From NCBI GenBank assembly GCA_035430005.1, contig DAOMFV010000005.1:15196-79195 (forward strand): a stretch of DNA of 64,000 nucleotides, in the 5' to 3' direction. Of this stretch, positions 9,569 through 19,349 are shown piece by piece. The notes beneath the pieces are model-generated. The model was not told where the DNA came from. It did not search any database and saw nothing but the letters and a program-made list of their open reading frames with translations. A program made the translations under genes and the position numbers. Each line of letters begins with the position of its first letter. The first letter of the stretch is position 1. Origin of the DNA: Gemmatales bacterium. Lineage in GTDB: Bacteria > Planctomycetota > Planctomycetia > Gemmatales > HRBIN36.

Positions 9569-9728
9569 CCTCTCTCCCCCACCCCAGAGAGTTTTTCGAT
9601 CAGCTTTGGCCAATCACGCTTGACTCCATGACGATTCCCGTGCTCTCTCCCTCAACGACAGCCCCCTGACACAACCCTAACAATACTCAAAACCCAACGA
9701 AGAAACGCCAGACTCTCTGCCTGGCGTT
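9569..9728 (+). repeat. ~160-bp structured intergenic repeat, copy 2
   Basis: See copy 1. Same orientation and the same terminal hairpin ACGCCAGACTCTCTGCCTGGCGT. Confidence 0.75.
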
Positions 9729-10182
9729 CGCTGTAAACCACTCTGTAAAATCGGCCTCGATACTGGGAGGCAAGCTCCCCTTGTACAGCGCGTTTGCGAA
9801 CTGTCTCTGACTCAAGGAGATAGGTTTTCTCATCAGTGGAACATGATGGTGGATAATGGGTTACAGCAAGTGGTTCTGAAAGAGCTGTTAACCGCCACAC
9901 CTATCTCTTTCGGTGAGGGAGAGATGTTTTGCCTCGAAACCTCTTTTGGAAGGGCATCGCTGTTAAGCAGGCTGTATGCGCGATGTTCATTGATACACCC
10001 CGCCTGGGTGGGCTGCTCTAGAGTTACCACCGCCGAGCAGCGTGATCTGGTGCCCGCCCGATCCTCGTAGCCATGTGTAATGTCCTGATTCGCCATCATG
10101 GTAGCCGTCCGGTAACGCTGCTGATGTCCCCAACGACCGCTTTCTCGTTGCCCGTCTTCAGCCCCGTGGTTACACTCAGCCC

Positions 10183-10722
10183 ATGTCCGAAGTGACCCGT
10201 ATTCTCGTAGCTGCCCAGCAGGGAGACCGCCAAGCTGCCGCCAACCTGCTCCCGCTCGTTTACGACGAGTTGCGGAAGCTGGCTGCTGTACGCCTAGCCG
10301 CGGAAGCCCCGGGCCACACCCTAGACGCAACCGCTCTCGTCCATGAGGCGTACGTCAGGCTCGTCGGGGACCAGCAATTCGACGGCCGGGGCCACTTCTT
10401 TGCAGCAGCTGCCGAAGCCATGCGCCGCATTCTGGTCGATCATGCACGACATAAAACCAGACTAAAGCATGGAGGCGGACAGCACCGTGTCGAGATGGGT
10501 GATGTTGCCGCGACAACTGCCGATGATCGGCTTCTGGCACTCGACGAGGCATTAACTTTACTAGCGTCCGAAGATGCCACGATTGCCCGGGTCGTGGAAT
10601 TGCGGCATTTTGGCGGGTTACATCACGAACAGATCGCTGTAGCCATGGGCATTACCGTCTACGAAGCTCGGCAAAAATGGACTTACGCCCGTGCCTGGCT
10701 GCAGGACAAACTCCACGAGTAA
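10183..10722 (+). CDS. ECF-type RNA polymerase sigma factor (TIGR02999-like by recollection)
   Basis: N-terminus ...ILVAAQQGDRQAAANLLPLVYDELRKLAAVRLAAEAPGHTLDATALVHEAYVRLVG...FFAAAAEAMRRILVDHAR, which carries sigma2 and sigma4 features. Confidence 0.9.
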   Translation: MSEVTRILVAAQQGDRQAAANLLPLVYDELRKLAAVRLAAEAPGHTLDATALVHEAYVRLVGDQQFDGRGHFFAAAAEAMRRILVDHARHKTRLKHGGGQHRVEMGDVAATTADDRLLALDEALTLLASEDATIARVVELRHFGGLHHEQIAVAMGITVYEARQKWTYARAWLQDKLHE

Positions 10723-10798
10723 CTTATTTTTGTTATTTTTCGACAGCTGGCCCCGATTTCGACGCATTGCTAGATAGAAGCCCCTTGGGAGCCGTCTG

Positions 10799-13700
10799 AT
10801 GCCCATCGATCCGAAACGTGTTCAGGCTGTTTTTCTTGCAGCAGTTGAACAAACCGAACGGTCTGCTCGTGCTGCCGTGCTGGACCACGAATGCAGCGGC
10901 GACAATGAATTACGCCGCCGTGTTGAAGCACTGTTACGGGCCAATGACGAGCCAGGCAGCTATCTCGATCAGCCAGCGGTGGGGCTTCCCGACAAGCAAG
11001 CAGCGACGGAGGCGACTACTGGGTTTGAAGCCACCCAGAGCTATACCTCGGCTGATCCAACACCGGGTGTGGTCATTGCCGGTCGTTACACGCTCGAACA
11101 GAAGATCGGCGAAGGTGGCATGGGCGAAGTCTGGGTCGCCAAGCAGAGTGAGCCGGTCAAGCGTAAGGTGGCGCTGAAGCTCATTAAGGCAGGAATGGAT
11201 TCCAAGTCCGTCGTGCAGCGATTCGAACAGGAACGGCAGGCTCTGGCGATGATGGATCACCCCAACATTGCCAAGGTTCTGGATGGCGGGCTGAATGCAG
11301 ATCGCCGACCCTTCTTCGTCATGGAACTCGTTAACGGTTTACCCCTCACCAAGTTCTGTGATGAAACCAAGCTGGGTATCAAAGAACGACTGGAGCTCTT
11401 TATTCCAATCTGCCAGGCTGTACAGCATGCCCATCAGAAAGGTATTGTCCACCGCGATCTGAAGCCAAGCAACATTCTCGTCACCATGATCGATGGCAAA
11501 CCCGTTCCCAAGGTGATCGACTTTGGAGTAGCGAAAGCTACTTCGGGCCGGCTGACCGAAGATTCGCTTTCGACCCAATTCGGTGCTGTCGTCGGTACGT
11601 TGGAGTACATGTCCCCCGAACAGGCGGAGTTCTCCGGTGATGATATCGATACCCGCGCTGATATTTATTCGCTGGGGGTCATCCTCTACGAGCTGCTCAC
11701 CGGACTACGTCCGATTGATTCTAAGCGTCTGAAGAAGGCAGCGTTGACGGAGATGATCCGAATCATTCAGAAAGAAGAACCGAGCAAGCCGTCTAGACGT
11801 CTGTCAACGGATGCATCACTACCCTCCATGGCAGCAATCAGGCAGATTGATCCCAGGAAACTGACGAATCTATTGCGTGGTGAACTCGACTGGGTGGTGA
11901 TGAAATGTCTGGAGAAGCAGCGCGATCGTCGCTATGAAACCGCCAATGGCCTGGCCCGGGATATTCAACGTTATCTGGCAGACGAGGTAGTCGAAGCCCG
12001 CCCGCCAAGTCTGGCATATAAGCTACGCAAATTTGCCCTTCGTAATAAGGTGAAAGTAATCGCTGCAGGCCTTGTTTTCTGCACCCTCCTCGCTGGTGTA
12101 CTAGGCACTCTGGCTGGTTTGCTGGAAGCAAGGCGACAGGCTGATGCAAAGGAGTTAGCTAGGCAGGATGAAGCTCGACAACGTGCACTTGCGGAGCAAC
12201 GTGAACGAGAAGCGGTTGGTGAACGGCAAAAAGCTGAAGTAGCCAGAGAGCAAGAGATTGTTGCCAAAAATGATGCAGTGGCGAAGAGGCGAGAGGCAGA
12301 AATCAACTTGGGTTATGCCAGAAAAGGCAATGAAATATTGAGCTCTATTTTTACTGGATTAGATACCAAAACACAGTATGCAGAAGTAGGTGAGTTCCGC
12401 CTGGCATTGAGCAATAATCTGTTAAAAGCTGTTCGCGAACTGGAAGGGTCGTCCATTGGAGATCCTCTGGTTGTTGCGGAGATGCAAATGAATCTGGGTG
12501 AATCATTGCTGGCGCTTGGAGAAGCAAACTTAGCGATTGAAGTATTGGAGAAAGCACATCATACACGCGAAGCCAAATTGGGATTAGACCATCCAGACAC
12601 ATTGGCAAGCATGCATAGCCAAGCAATGAGTTACAGCTTATCCGGTAATCTTGATAAAGCAGTCGCTCTGTTAGAGCAAACTCTTAAACTACGTACCGCA
12701 AAGCTTGGCCCTGATCACCATGAAACCATCAACACAATGTATTCGTTAGCGATCAGTTATGGGGAGAAAGGCAATTTGAATCAGGCATTAGCATTATTAG
12801 AACAAACATGGAAGATGCAGAAAAGTAAGTTAGGTGAAAACCACGTCAAGACGCTAACTACGATGAATAGTTTAGGAACGGCGTATGGTAAAATCGGGAG
12901 GCTAGACGAGGCTCACACTTTACTTGAACAGACACTGAAGTTAATGAGAACCAACCTGGGAACCGATCATCCAGAAACACTTCGTTGCATGAAAAACCTG
13001 GCAGGCAGTTATAACGTCGTGCGGAAGCTTGACCTTGCAATCCCTTTGATGGAACAGATTCTTAAGCATCAGACTGCCAATCTCGGAGCAAATCACCCTA
13101 GTACCCTATCAACCCTGACAAGCTTGGCAGACGGTTACCGTACAGTTGGAAAGCTTGAACAAGCTCTTCCACTGTTAGAACAATCGCTAAAAGTACAGAC
13201 AATGAAGCTTGGGAGCGATCATCCAGAGACTCTGAGAAGTATCAATAATCTTGGTGGATTGTACTACTCGACAGGAAAAACAGACCAAGCGATACCACTA
13301 CTTGAAAAAGCATATTATCTTCGAAAGGCAAAACTAGGAGCTGAACACCCTGATACATTGACCAGTATGAATAATCTTGCAGGCATTTATCAAGTATCCG
13401 GCAAGCCAGAACTAGCACTGCCATTGGTTAAGCAATCGCTTGAACTACGAACAGCTAAGCTTGGCCAGGATCATCCAGATACATTAACTAGCTTAAATAA
13501 CCTGGCAATGGTCTATCGGGAAGCTGGAAAGCTTGACGAAGCGTTGCCATTAATGGAACAAACAGTCAAGCGCCGTACAGCCAAGTTGGGGGCTACTCAC
13601 CCAGATACTCTCAGCAGCTTGGCAAATCTGGGCGTTATACTTCTACGGCAGAAAAAAGGGATAGAAGCAGAGGGTATCTTTCGTGAACACTTGGCATTAC

Positions 13701-13996
13701 GGCTCAAGACAAATCCAAGCGATTGGACGACGTTTGATGCATATTCCCTTCTCGGTGATTCATTGCTGACTCAGAAGAAATACGCAGAAGCGGAATCAAA
13801 CTTACTAAAGAGTTACCAAGGATTGAAGGAACAAATAAACTCCATCCCAAAGCGATACATTATTCGCGTGTCCGATACTCTTGACCGCATGATTCAACTC
13901 TACTCGGAGATCGACAAAGCAGATGAAGTCAAGAAGTGGCAGGCAGAGAGGGCAAAGTACCCGAAAGCAAAAGACCTGCCTCCCAAGCCTAAATAG
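10799..13996 (+). CDS. Ser/Thr protein kinase with TM segment, coiled coil and ~10 TPR_12 repeats
   Basis: GEGGMGEVW...VALKLIK, HRDLKPSNILV, DFGVAK, MSPEQ. A TM segment (VIAAGLVFCTLLAGVLGTLAGLL), a charged coiled coil, then repeated LGxDHPDTLxSMNNLAxxY units. Confidence 0.9.
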   Translation: MPIDPKRVQAVFLAAVEQTERSARAAVLDHECSGDNELRRRVEALLRANDEPGSYLDQPAVGLPDKQAATEATTGFEATQSYTSADPTPGVVIAGRYTLEQKIGEGGMGEVWVAKQSEPVKRKVALKLIKAGMDSKSVVQRFEQERQALAMMDHPNIAKVLDGGLNADRRPFFVMELVNGLPLTKFCDETKLGIKERLELFIPICQAVQHAHQKGIVHRDLKPSNILVTMIDGKPVPKVIDFGVAKATSGRLTEDSLSTQFGAVVGTLEYMSPEQAEFSGDDIDTRADIYSLGVILYELLTGLRPIDSKRLKKAALTEMIRIIQKEEPSKPSRRLSTDASLPSMAAIRQIDPRKLTNLLRGELDWVVMKCLEKQRDRRYETANGLARDIQRYLADEVVEARPPSLAYKLRKFALRNKVKVIAAGLVFCTLLAGVLGTLAGLLEARRQADAKELARQDEARQRALAEQREREAVGERQKAEVAREQEIVAKNDAVAKRREAEINLGYARKGNEILSSIFTGLDTKTQYAEVGEFRLALSNNLLKAVRELEGSSIGDPLVVAEMQMNLGESLLALGEANLAIEVLEKAHHTREAKLGLDHPDTLASMHSQAMSYSLSGNLDKAVALLEQTLKLRTAKLGPDHHETINTMYSLAISYGEKGNLNQALALLEQTWKMQKSKLGENHVKTLTTMNSLGTAYGKIGRLDEAHTLLEQTLKLMRTNLGTDHPETLRCMKNLAGSYNVVRKLDLAIPLMEQILKHQTANLGANHPSTLSTLTSLADGYRTVGKLEQALPLLEQSLKVQTMKLGSDHPETLRSINNLGGLYYSTGKTDQAIPLLEKAYYLRKAKLGAEHPDTLTSMNNLAGIYQVSGKPELALPLVKQSLELRTAKLGQDHPDTLTSLNNLAMVYREAGKLDEALPLMEQTVKRRTAKLGATHPDTLSSLANLGVILLRQKKGIEAEGIFREHLALRLKTNPSDWTTFDAYSLLGDSLLTQKKYAEAESNLLKSYQGLKEQINSIPKRYIIRVSDTLDRMIQLYSEIDKADEVKKWQAERAKYPKAKDLPPKPK

Positions 13997-14162
13997 GACT
14001 TACGCTGTAGACCAAAGGCGATCTCCTCAAGTTGCGCAAGAGTCGCAAGAGTCGCGGGATGAGCTTAACCTAAGTCACTTCCACTGATTATTTGATTCCC
14101 AATAGTCAGCCAGTGTCAGCGATGACGGCGGAGCGGACTCAGCTTAAAGCCAAGGTTCCAAG

Positions 14163-14905
14163 CTAGGAGCCCGTTGAATAACGGGTATTTTACGCAGCAT
14201 GAGATGACGCACTTCGGTATGTCATGAAGGAGCAGTAGCTGGGGATAGTGAACCGCCACCAGAGGAGAATGATGTGAAGCAGACGGCCCCATCCGTCTTG
14301 CAGGCTTCGGGGAGTGCCTGTCTTGAACAGCTTCCGCATCATGACGCCCAAGTTGAACGCCATGGAAAAGAGCAGGTGCCGCAGTTGCACTTTCGCCAGG
14401 CCACGCAGCCAGGTTCGTCTGCCGGCGCCCGTCTCGCACACGTGAGCGAACGACCGTTCCACCAACTCGCCTCGCTTCTTCATCAGTGACTTACCATTGT
14501 CACTCCGCACGTGCCGACGGTTGTTGCGGAACCGCCTCTCCTGATCCAAATCCTTGTCTACCCACTTGAACGTCCTCCGCCTGCCGCCGGGCTTCTTCTC
14601 CGAGATGAACGTCCGCACTTCCAGTTCCTCGCACTCCTCCAGCGTATCGATGGCGAAGTAACCCTTGTCTGCCACCACTTCCTCAATGTCACTGTCGCTG
14701 CCGCCTCGCACCAGATTGATCTGAGCATCCTCCAGCGTCGTCGCCAGCGTGGCGCTGTCGTGCTTTGTCGCTCGATACACTGGCGACGCCACGATCAAAC
14801 TCGATTCCACGTCCACCGCGTGCTCCACCTTGTACGCCAGGTGCGTCGTGCCGTCCTTCATCTTCGTGATCCGCGCCTCGGGATCGCTCGGCGACTGCCA
14901 ATCGG
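14163..14905 (-). mobile_element. 5'-truncated IS5/IS1182-like DDE transposase remnant, second copy
   Basis: ORF 14190..14987. The transposase-like sequence begins at about SPSDPEARITKMKDGTTHLAYKVEHAVD and runs through ...DKGY...RRGELVERSFAHVCETGAGRRTWLRG. The N-terminal DNA-binding part is missing. Same terminus string as at 549. Confidence 0.75.
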
Positions 14906-15048
14906 CGAGTTCTAAAAAATGGACAATCATCACGTAATCGTGGCGGATGACTGATAGCAATCCTGCTCCTGAGTGTGAACCAGTCACCAGCCCTTGCCTG
15001 TGCCAGGCAAGTCAGCCCCGTTGGCGACCACATTTTGAGGAGTTTCCC

Positions 15049-15381
15049 ATGTTTCGAGTGTTGATGAGTCGTTCGTTGGTACTGGCTCTCTTGAGCCTGT
15101 TTGTCGTCACAGCCGTGCTGCAAGCTGATCAAAAAGGCAAGAAGCCCAAGCCTGGCGCTAGCGCCAGCGTGGAAGGCACCATTAGCGCGGTTGGGGCTGC
15201 ATCTGTCACCATTACCAAACGCAACGGTGTCAGTGTCACAGTCGCGATAGATGCCACGACCAAGATTGAGCGGAATGATCGCCACGTGGCGCTCTCTTCC
15301 ATTCTCGTCGGCGACCGGGGCGAGGCCAAGTATAACCCCGCCACTTTGCTCGCCGGCAAGGTCGAAGCGACTGGGCCATAA
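15049..15381 (+). CDS. small secreted protein (DUF5666-like beta-rich domain, tentative)
   Basis: GAGGAG lies 7 nt upstream of the ATG at 15049. Signal peptide MFRVLMSRSLVLALLSLFVVTAVLQA. The pattern VEGTISAV...VTITKRNG..VTVAIDATTKIERN is present. Confidence 0.55.
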   Translation: MFRVLMSRSLVLALLSLFVVTAVLQADQKGKKPKPGASASVEGTISAVGAASVTITKRNGVSVTVAIDATTKIERNDRHVALSSILVGDRGEAKYNPATLLAGKVEATGP

Positions 15382-15469
15382 GCGTGTTCAGCTTCATCAT
15401 CCCTTTCGATGAGTAGAGAGGGATGATGATAGCAAGCTGACTTCCTTCTGCTGGTGCTATAATGATAAG

Positions 15470-16108
15470 GTGGAGACACGCATCGTGGTCACCCAGGCAC
15501 GCTGGAGCAGATACATGTCGCAAGAAGGGGCGGGCAATTCGGGCTACCACGCCTCGGATCGCTCCCTGCTTGTCGAACTGCATAAAGGCCAGGATGATGC
15601 CGCCACTCAACTATACCTGCGCTATGCGGATCGCCTGAGATCCCTGGCAAGCAAACAAACCGCGGGTGACTTGCGGGCACGCGTCGATCCGGAAGACATC
15701 GTGCAGTCGGTCTTTCGGACGTTTTTTCGTCGCGCCTCTGAGGGACATTACCAGGTGCCCGAAGGCGAGGAGCTCTGGAAGCTCTTCCTGGTGATTGCCT
15801 TAAACAAGATCCGAACCACGGGAGCTTGGCACCATGCCGCCAAGCGGGACAGCCGAGCTACCGTCGGCAACGATGCGATAGCGGAAGGACAGACGGAGGA
15901 CGAAACCCCGCTGACGATCTTGAACATGGTGATCGAAGAGATGCTGGCCGAGATGTCTGAATCCACTCGTGAGATTATCAAGCAGCGTATCGCCGGGCAC
16001 GAAGTCAGCGACATAGCCTCACAGTCAGGTCGGTCTAAACGGTCGGTTGAACGAGTGTTGCAGGAGTTCCGGGCCAGGCTCGGAGCCAGTTTGATGGAAC
16101 CTCAATGA
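15470..16108 (+). CDS. ECF-type sigma factor (second pair)
   Basis: Sigma2-like DPEDIVQSVFRTFFRR and sigma4-like HTH SDIASQSGRSKRSVERVL. The start is uncertain (GTG 15470, GTG 15485 or ATG 15515). An AAGGTGGAG SD-like string sits at 15467-15475 and TATAAT at 15458-15463. Confidence 0.8.
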   Translation: METRIVVTQARWSRYMSQEGAGNSGYHASDRSLLVELHKGQDDAATQLYLRYADRLRSLASKQTAGDLRARVDPEDIVQSVFRTFFRRASEGHYQVPEGEELWKLFLVIALNKIRTTGAWHHAAKRDSRATVGNDAIAEGQTEDETPLTILNMVIEEMLAEMSESTREIIKQRIAGHEVSDIASQSGRSKRSVERVLQEFRARLGASLMEPQ

Positions 16109-16153
16109 CAGGTTGAATTAATCAACAAGTGTCATGTTAATGGAGCGAGTGCT

Positions 16154-19100
16154 ATGAACGCTGCCCTGATGATCGACAGCGTCATTGAGTCATTCGAGCG
16201 TCAGCGTTCGCACAATCGCGGCACGTCTTTGAGCGATTTCCTGCCCTCGGAAAACTCTGCTGAATTCAACATCATCCTGACCGAACTGGTGCGAGTCGAT
16301 CTCGAATTCAGCTGGGAAGAAGGCAAGCCGAATCGACTGGAAGAGTATCTCGATAGTTATCCACAATTAAAAGACGATCCATCCTCTTTGGGCGCCGTTG
16401 CCTTTGAAGAATATCGGCAGCGGCAACGGGCCGGGGAAACGCCCTCGGCAGCCGAGTATCATCGTCGTTATCGGATTGATACCCGCCAATGGCCGGTTTC
16501 CATGCCTCCTGACGATGCCATTCACGACACCCCGCTGGCAGGTGAAGATCAGCCCACGCTCAGGCGTACACCTACCCAACCTGTTGCCGGTTCAGAGATA
16601 TCATCGCAGCTCTCTTATCTTCTGGATGGCACCGCGCAGAAGTTGCCGCACGTAGGCAGTCATTTCCTTGATTTCATTCTTGAGGCCGAACTGGGGCAGG
16701 GGGCTTTCGGCAAAGTCTATCTCGCTCGACAAATCAGCCTGGCGAAGCGGCAGGTCGCTCTCAAGATTACTGCCCGTAAGCAGCACGAGCCGCAAACCCT
16801 GGCCCGGCTTCGGCACACAAATATCATGCCGATCTATTCAGTGCATAATGCGGGTTCCTGCCAGGCCATTTGCATGCCTTTCCTGGGCCGTACCACGTTG
16901 GCCGACATCCTGCTCGCCTTACGTCAAGAAGCACGCATGCCAGTTTCAGGTTTGTGGTGGTCCCTGTTGATTGAAGGCAACGAGGCGGCGGCACTTGCCT
17001 CTCAATGGAAGCAATCGAGCTATGGCGAAGTGGCGCTTTGTCTGGCGGAGAAGATGGTAGCCGGTTTGGCACATGCCCATGCAGCCGGCATTATTCATCG
17101 TGATATCAAACCCGCCAATATTCTCTTCAGCCAGGATGGCGAGCCGTTGTTGCTCGATTTCAATTTGGCCATCATTCTCGATAACGGCGGCGCGCTAGCG
17201 GAGATGGCGGGCACGTTGCCTTACCTGGCTCCGGAACAACTCGAATCGCTTGTCAAAGGACAGGGCACGACAGGTTCTAAAGCGGCTGACATCTATGCGA
17301 TGGGCCTCATCTTTTATGAACTGTTGACGGGGAAACCTGCATACTCCGGCATCAAGCGTGATTCACTGTTGAGTTATCTGGCTGACCTGGCCAAGCAACG
17401 CCGTGTGCCTGCGGGCCTGGTGCGAACCATCAGTCCTGCCCTGGCGGCCATACTTGCCCGATGCCTGGCTGTCTCGCCAGAAGATCGTTATGCCGATGCT
17501 CAAGAATTGCTTGAGGACCTTCAGCGGCAACGCCGAAATCAGGTGCTGCGTTATGCCCCTGATCGTTCACTGGCGGAACGCTGGTCGAAATGGAACAGGC
17601 GGCATCCCAAGTTCCTCCGCTACGGGCTGATCCTGGGCGTCGCTCTTTTGCTTGTCGCCGGCGGGGTGACCTACTCGCAGTATCGTGAATCGGAGCAGCG
17701 GCTCAACTCTCGAACGCAATTCACTCGTTCTGTGAAAGACTTGCAGCGTGCCGAACGGTTGGCCACCACCATCTGGCCGACCGAGTTAGCGGAAGCTGAG
17801 GCGTTAGTCAAAGAGTTCATCAGCAAGACGCTGGGGATCAATCTGGCGACGCCGGCAACGCTCTTGAATGCGGCGGGTGTGCGCTATCTCACGGAGCAGG
17901 ATCAGCAGCGACTTCCAGCTCTCACTGCCAATGCCCTACTGCTGCAGGCTCATATCTATCGATTGCAGGAACACCGAGCCAAAACTGCCCAGGAGAAGGA
18001 AAAGCTTCGTCAACAATCGCTTCATGCCAACGAACTGGCCCAGCCCTGGTGCCAGGCAGCAGGCTTTGCTTCGGTATGCTCCTGGCAACGTAAGCTGCTC
18101 TTGAACGAGAGTTGGGCCGATGACTGGAAGGCTTTGATTCAGTCGCCACGAGATGCCTTACCCGCAAAACAGTTGGCGGGAATAGCGCATACACTCCTTG
18201 CTCAGCAACATTGGTCCGAAGCAGCGGCGCTGGCCCGGCAAGTGATTGACCGTGAACCGGGTTGGAGCGGCGGATGGTACCTTTATGGCGAAGTCCATGC
18301 CCGTGGAGGCCAACTCCTTCAAGCCTTGCATGGCTTCGATACCGCGCTTGCCTTAGAGCCTGATGTCGCTGTGGCACTTCATTTCCGTGGTCAATTGCGC
18401 ATGCAACTAGGCGATGAAGAAGGCGCTCTGGCTGATTTCGACAAGGCTCTGGCACTCGGCGCCCGGCCGGCATTAGTGCTTGCTGATCGCGCACTGGTCT
18501 TCCTCAACAAACAAAAGCCGAAAGAGGCACTCGATGCCCTGGATCAGGCATTGGCCGCCGACGACACTCAGGTACGCCTCTATTTTCAGCGTGCCAGGGC
18601 TAAGGCTTTGCTTGGCGATAAGAAAGGCGCTGCGGAAGATCGCCGACTTGGCCTGGCGGTAACACCGCTCAATGAACTCGATTTTGTCACTCGTGGCATC
18701 GCCCGCCGGGATGTCGGTGATTGGAAGGGCGCTCTCGATGAATTCAAGAAAGCTGAAGAAGTGGCACCTGCCTATTTGCCGGCCCTGGAGAATCAGTCTG
18801 AAATCCTGGGCGAACAACTACAGAAACCAGCCGAGGCGCTGGCTGTGCTCAATCGTGCCATCGAACGTATTCCGGAATCGACATTGCTCTACGCTTCTCG
18901 GGCCGTCTACCATGCCCGCCTGGGACATCGGGCTGATGCCCTCAGCGATGTGAATTCCGCTCTCAAGCATGATGCTATGCCCAAGCCGTTGACGCTGTAT
19001 CAGATCGGCTGCGTGTATGCTCTGACCAGCAAGAGTCATCCTCCCGATCTATTTCAGGCGATAGCATATCTTTCCATCGCACTAGAGCAACACTTTGGCA

Positions 19101-19186
19101 AAGAGTATTTGGCCATCGATACTGATCTCAACCCTATTCGATCACGACCAGAGTTCCAGGAGCTGATCAAGCGATACCCGAAATAA
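16154..19186 (+). CDS. Ser/Thr protein kinase with TM segment and C-terminal TPR domain
   Basis: GQGAFGKVY...VALKI, HRDIKPANILF, DFN (in place of DFG), LAPEQ. TM segment LILGVALLLVAGGV, then TPR-like repeats in the C-terminal 350 aa. Confidence 0.85.
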   Translation: MNAALMIDSVIESFERQRSHNRGTSLSDFLPSENSAEFNIILTELVRVDLEFSWEEGKPNRLEEYLDSYPQLKDDPSSLGAVAFEEYRQRQRAGETPSAAEYHRRYRIDTRQWPVSMPPDDAIHDTPLAGEDQPTLRRTPTQPVAGSEISSQLSYLLDGTAQKLPHVGSHFLDFILEAELGQGAFGKVYLARQISLAKRQVALKITARKQHEPQTLARLRHTNIMPIYSVHNAGSCQAICMPFLGRTTLADILLALRQEARMPVSGLWWSLLIEGNEAAALASQWKQSSYGEVALCLAEKMVAGLAHAHAAGIIHRDIKPANILFSQDGEPLLLDFNLAIILDNGGALAEMAGTLPYLAPEQLESLVKGQGTTGSKAADIYAMGLIFYELLTGKPAYSGIKRDSLLSYLADLAKQRRVPAGLVRTISPALAAILARCLAVSPEDRYADAQELLEDLQRQRRNQVLRYAPDRSLAERWSKWNRRHPKFLRYGLILGVALLLVAGGVTYSQYRESEQRLNSRTQFTRSVKDLQRAERLATTIWPTELAEAEALVKEFISKTLGINLATPATLLNAAGVRYLTEQDQQRLPALTANALLLQAHIYRLQEHRAKTAQEKEKLRQQSLHANELAQPWCQAAGFASVCSWQRKLLLNESWADDWKALIQSPRDALPAKQLAGIAHTLLAQQHWSEAAALARQVIDREPGWSGGWYLYGEVHARGGQLLQALHGFDTALALEPDVAVALHFRGQLRMQLGDEEGALADFDKALALGARPALVLADRALVFLNKQKPKEALDALDQALAADDTQVRLYFQRARAKALLGDKKGAAEDRRLGLAVTPLNELDFVTRGIARRDVGDWKGALDEFKKAEEVAPAYLPALENQSEILGEQLQKPAEALAVLNRAIERIPESTLLYASRAVYHARLGHRADALSDVNSALKHDAMPKPLTLYQIGCVYALTSKSHPPDLFQAIAYLSIALEQHFGKEYLAIDTDLNPIRSRPEFQELIKRYPK

Positions 19187-19349
19187 CTTCTACGAGAGGA
19201 AATAGGTGGTTTTGGTGGCGTTCTCCAGACGTGTGCAGCCAGAAAGCCTATAGTTATCTTTTCGTTGGCGGATCGGGGCATGTATTCCGACTACTCGCTG
19301 TAGCAGTGAGATGTGCATGTATTTTTGCTATTCTGCAGGTTGAGGTATT

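Noticed and set aside
10095-10182. ECF-type promoter (AAC-N16/17-CGT) upstream of the first ECF sigma gene
   Set aside because: Several AAC...CGT(C/T) combinations exist (for example GGTAAC...ACGA and CAAC...CCGTC), but none has a convincing 16-17-nt spacer together with both half-motifs. It cannot be supported without ortholog alignment.
9833-10330. 165-aa minus-strand ORF (and the 75-aa + ORF 9843..10070) in the gap upstream of the first ECF sigma gene
   Set aside because: It overlaps the well-supported sigma-factor gene and has Arg/Gly-rich shadow-like composition, no RBS and no motif. I also looked for known ncRNA signatures (RNase P, SRP, tmRNA, 6S) in 9730-10180 and saw none. The function of the region remains open, but I cannot support a feature.
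12500-13650. Periodic ~126-nt DNA repetition that might be mistaken for a repeat array or CRISPR
   Set aside because: The periodicity is the in-frame 42-aa TPR_12 unit of the kinase. The units are diverged at the DNA level, with no spacer/repeat alternation. The same applies to the ~285-nt Ig-like module periodicity at 22847-24632. No CRISPR array is present in the window.
14055-14080. Short tandem duplication GCAAGAGTC-GCAAGAGTC downstream of kinase 1
   Set aside because: There are only two 9-bp units in non-coding DNA next to the IS remnant. This is too short to interpret.
549-14905. The two IS remnants as arms of a composite transposon carrying the exporter, the cytochrome c-prime-like gene and the first ECF-kinase pair
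   Set aside because: The copies are strongly diverged at the DNA level (roughly two-thirds identity by eye). Both are 5'-truncated to different extents, and no outer inverted repeats or target-site duplications are visible.
19283-19300. Sigma54-like TGGCGGATCGGGGCAT upstream of the first protease gene
   Set aside because: The GG-to-GC spacing is one nucleotide short of the canonical -24/-12 geometry and the TTGC core is missing, so this is likely a chance match.
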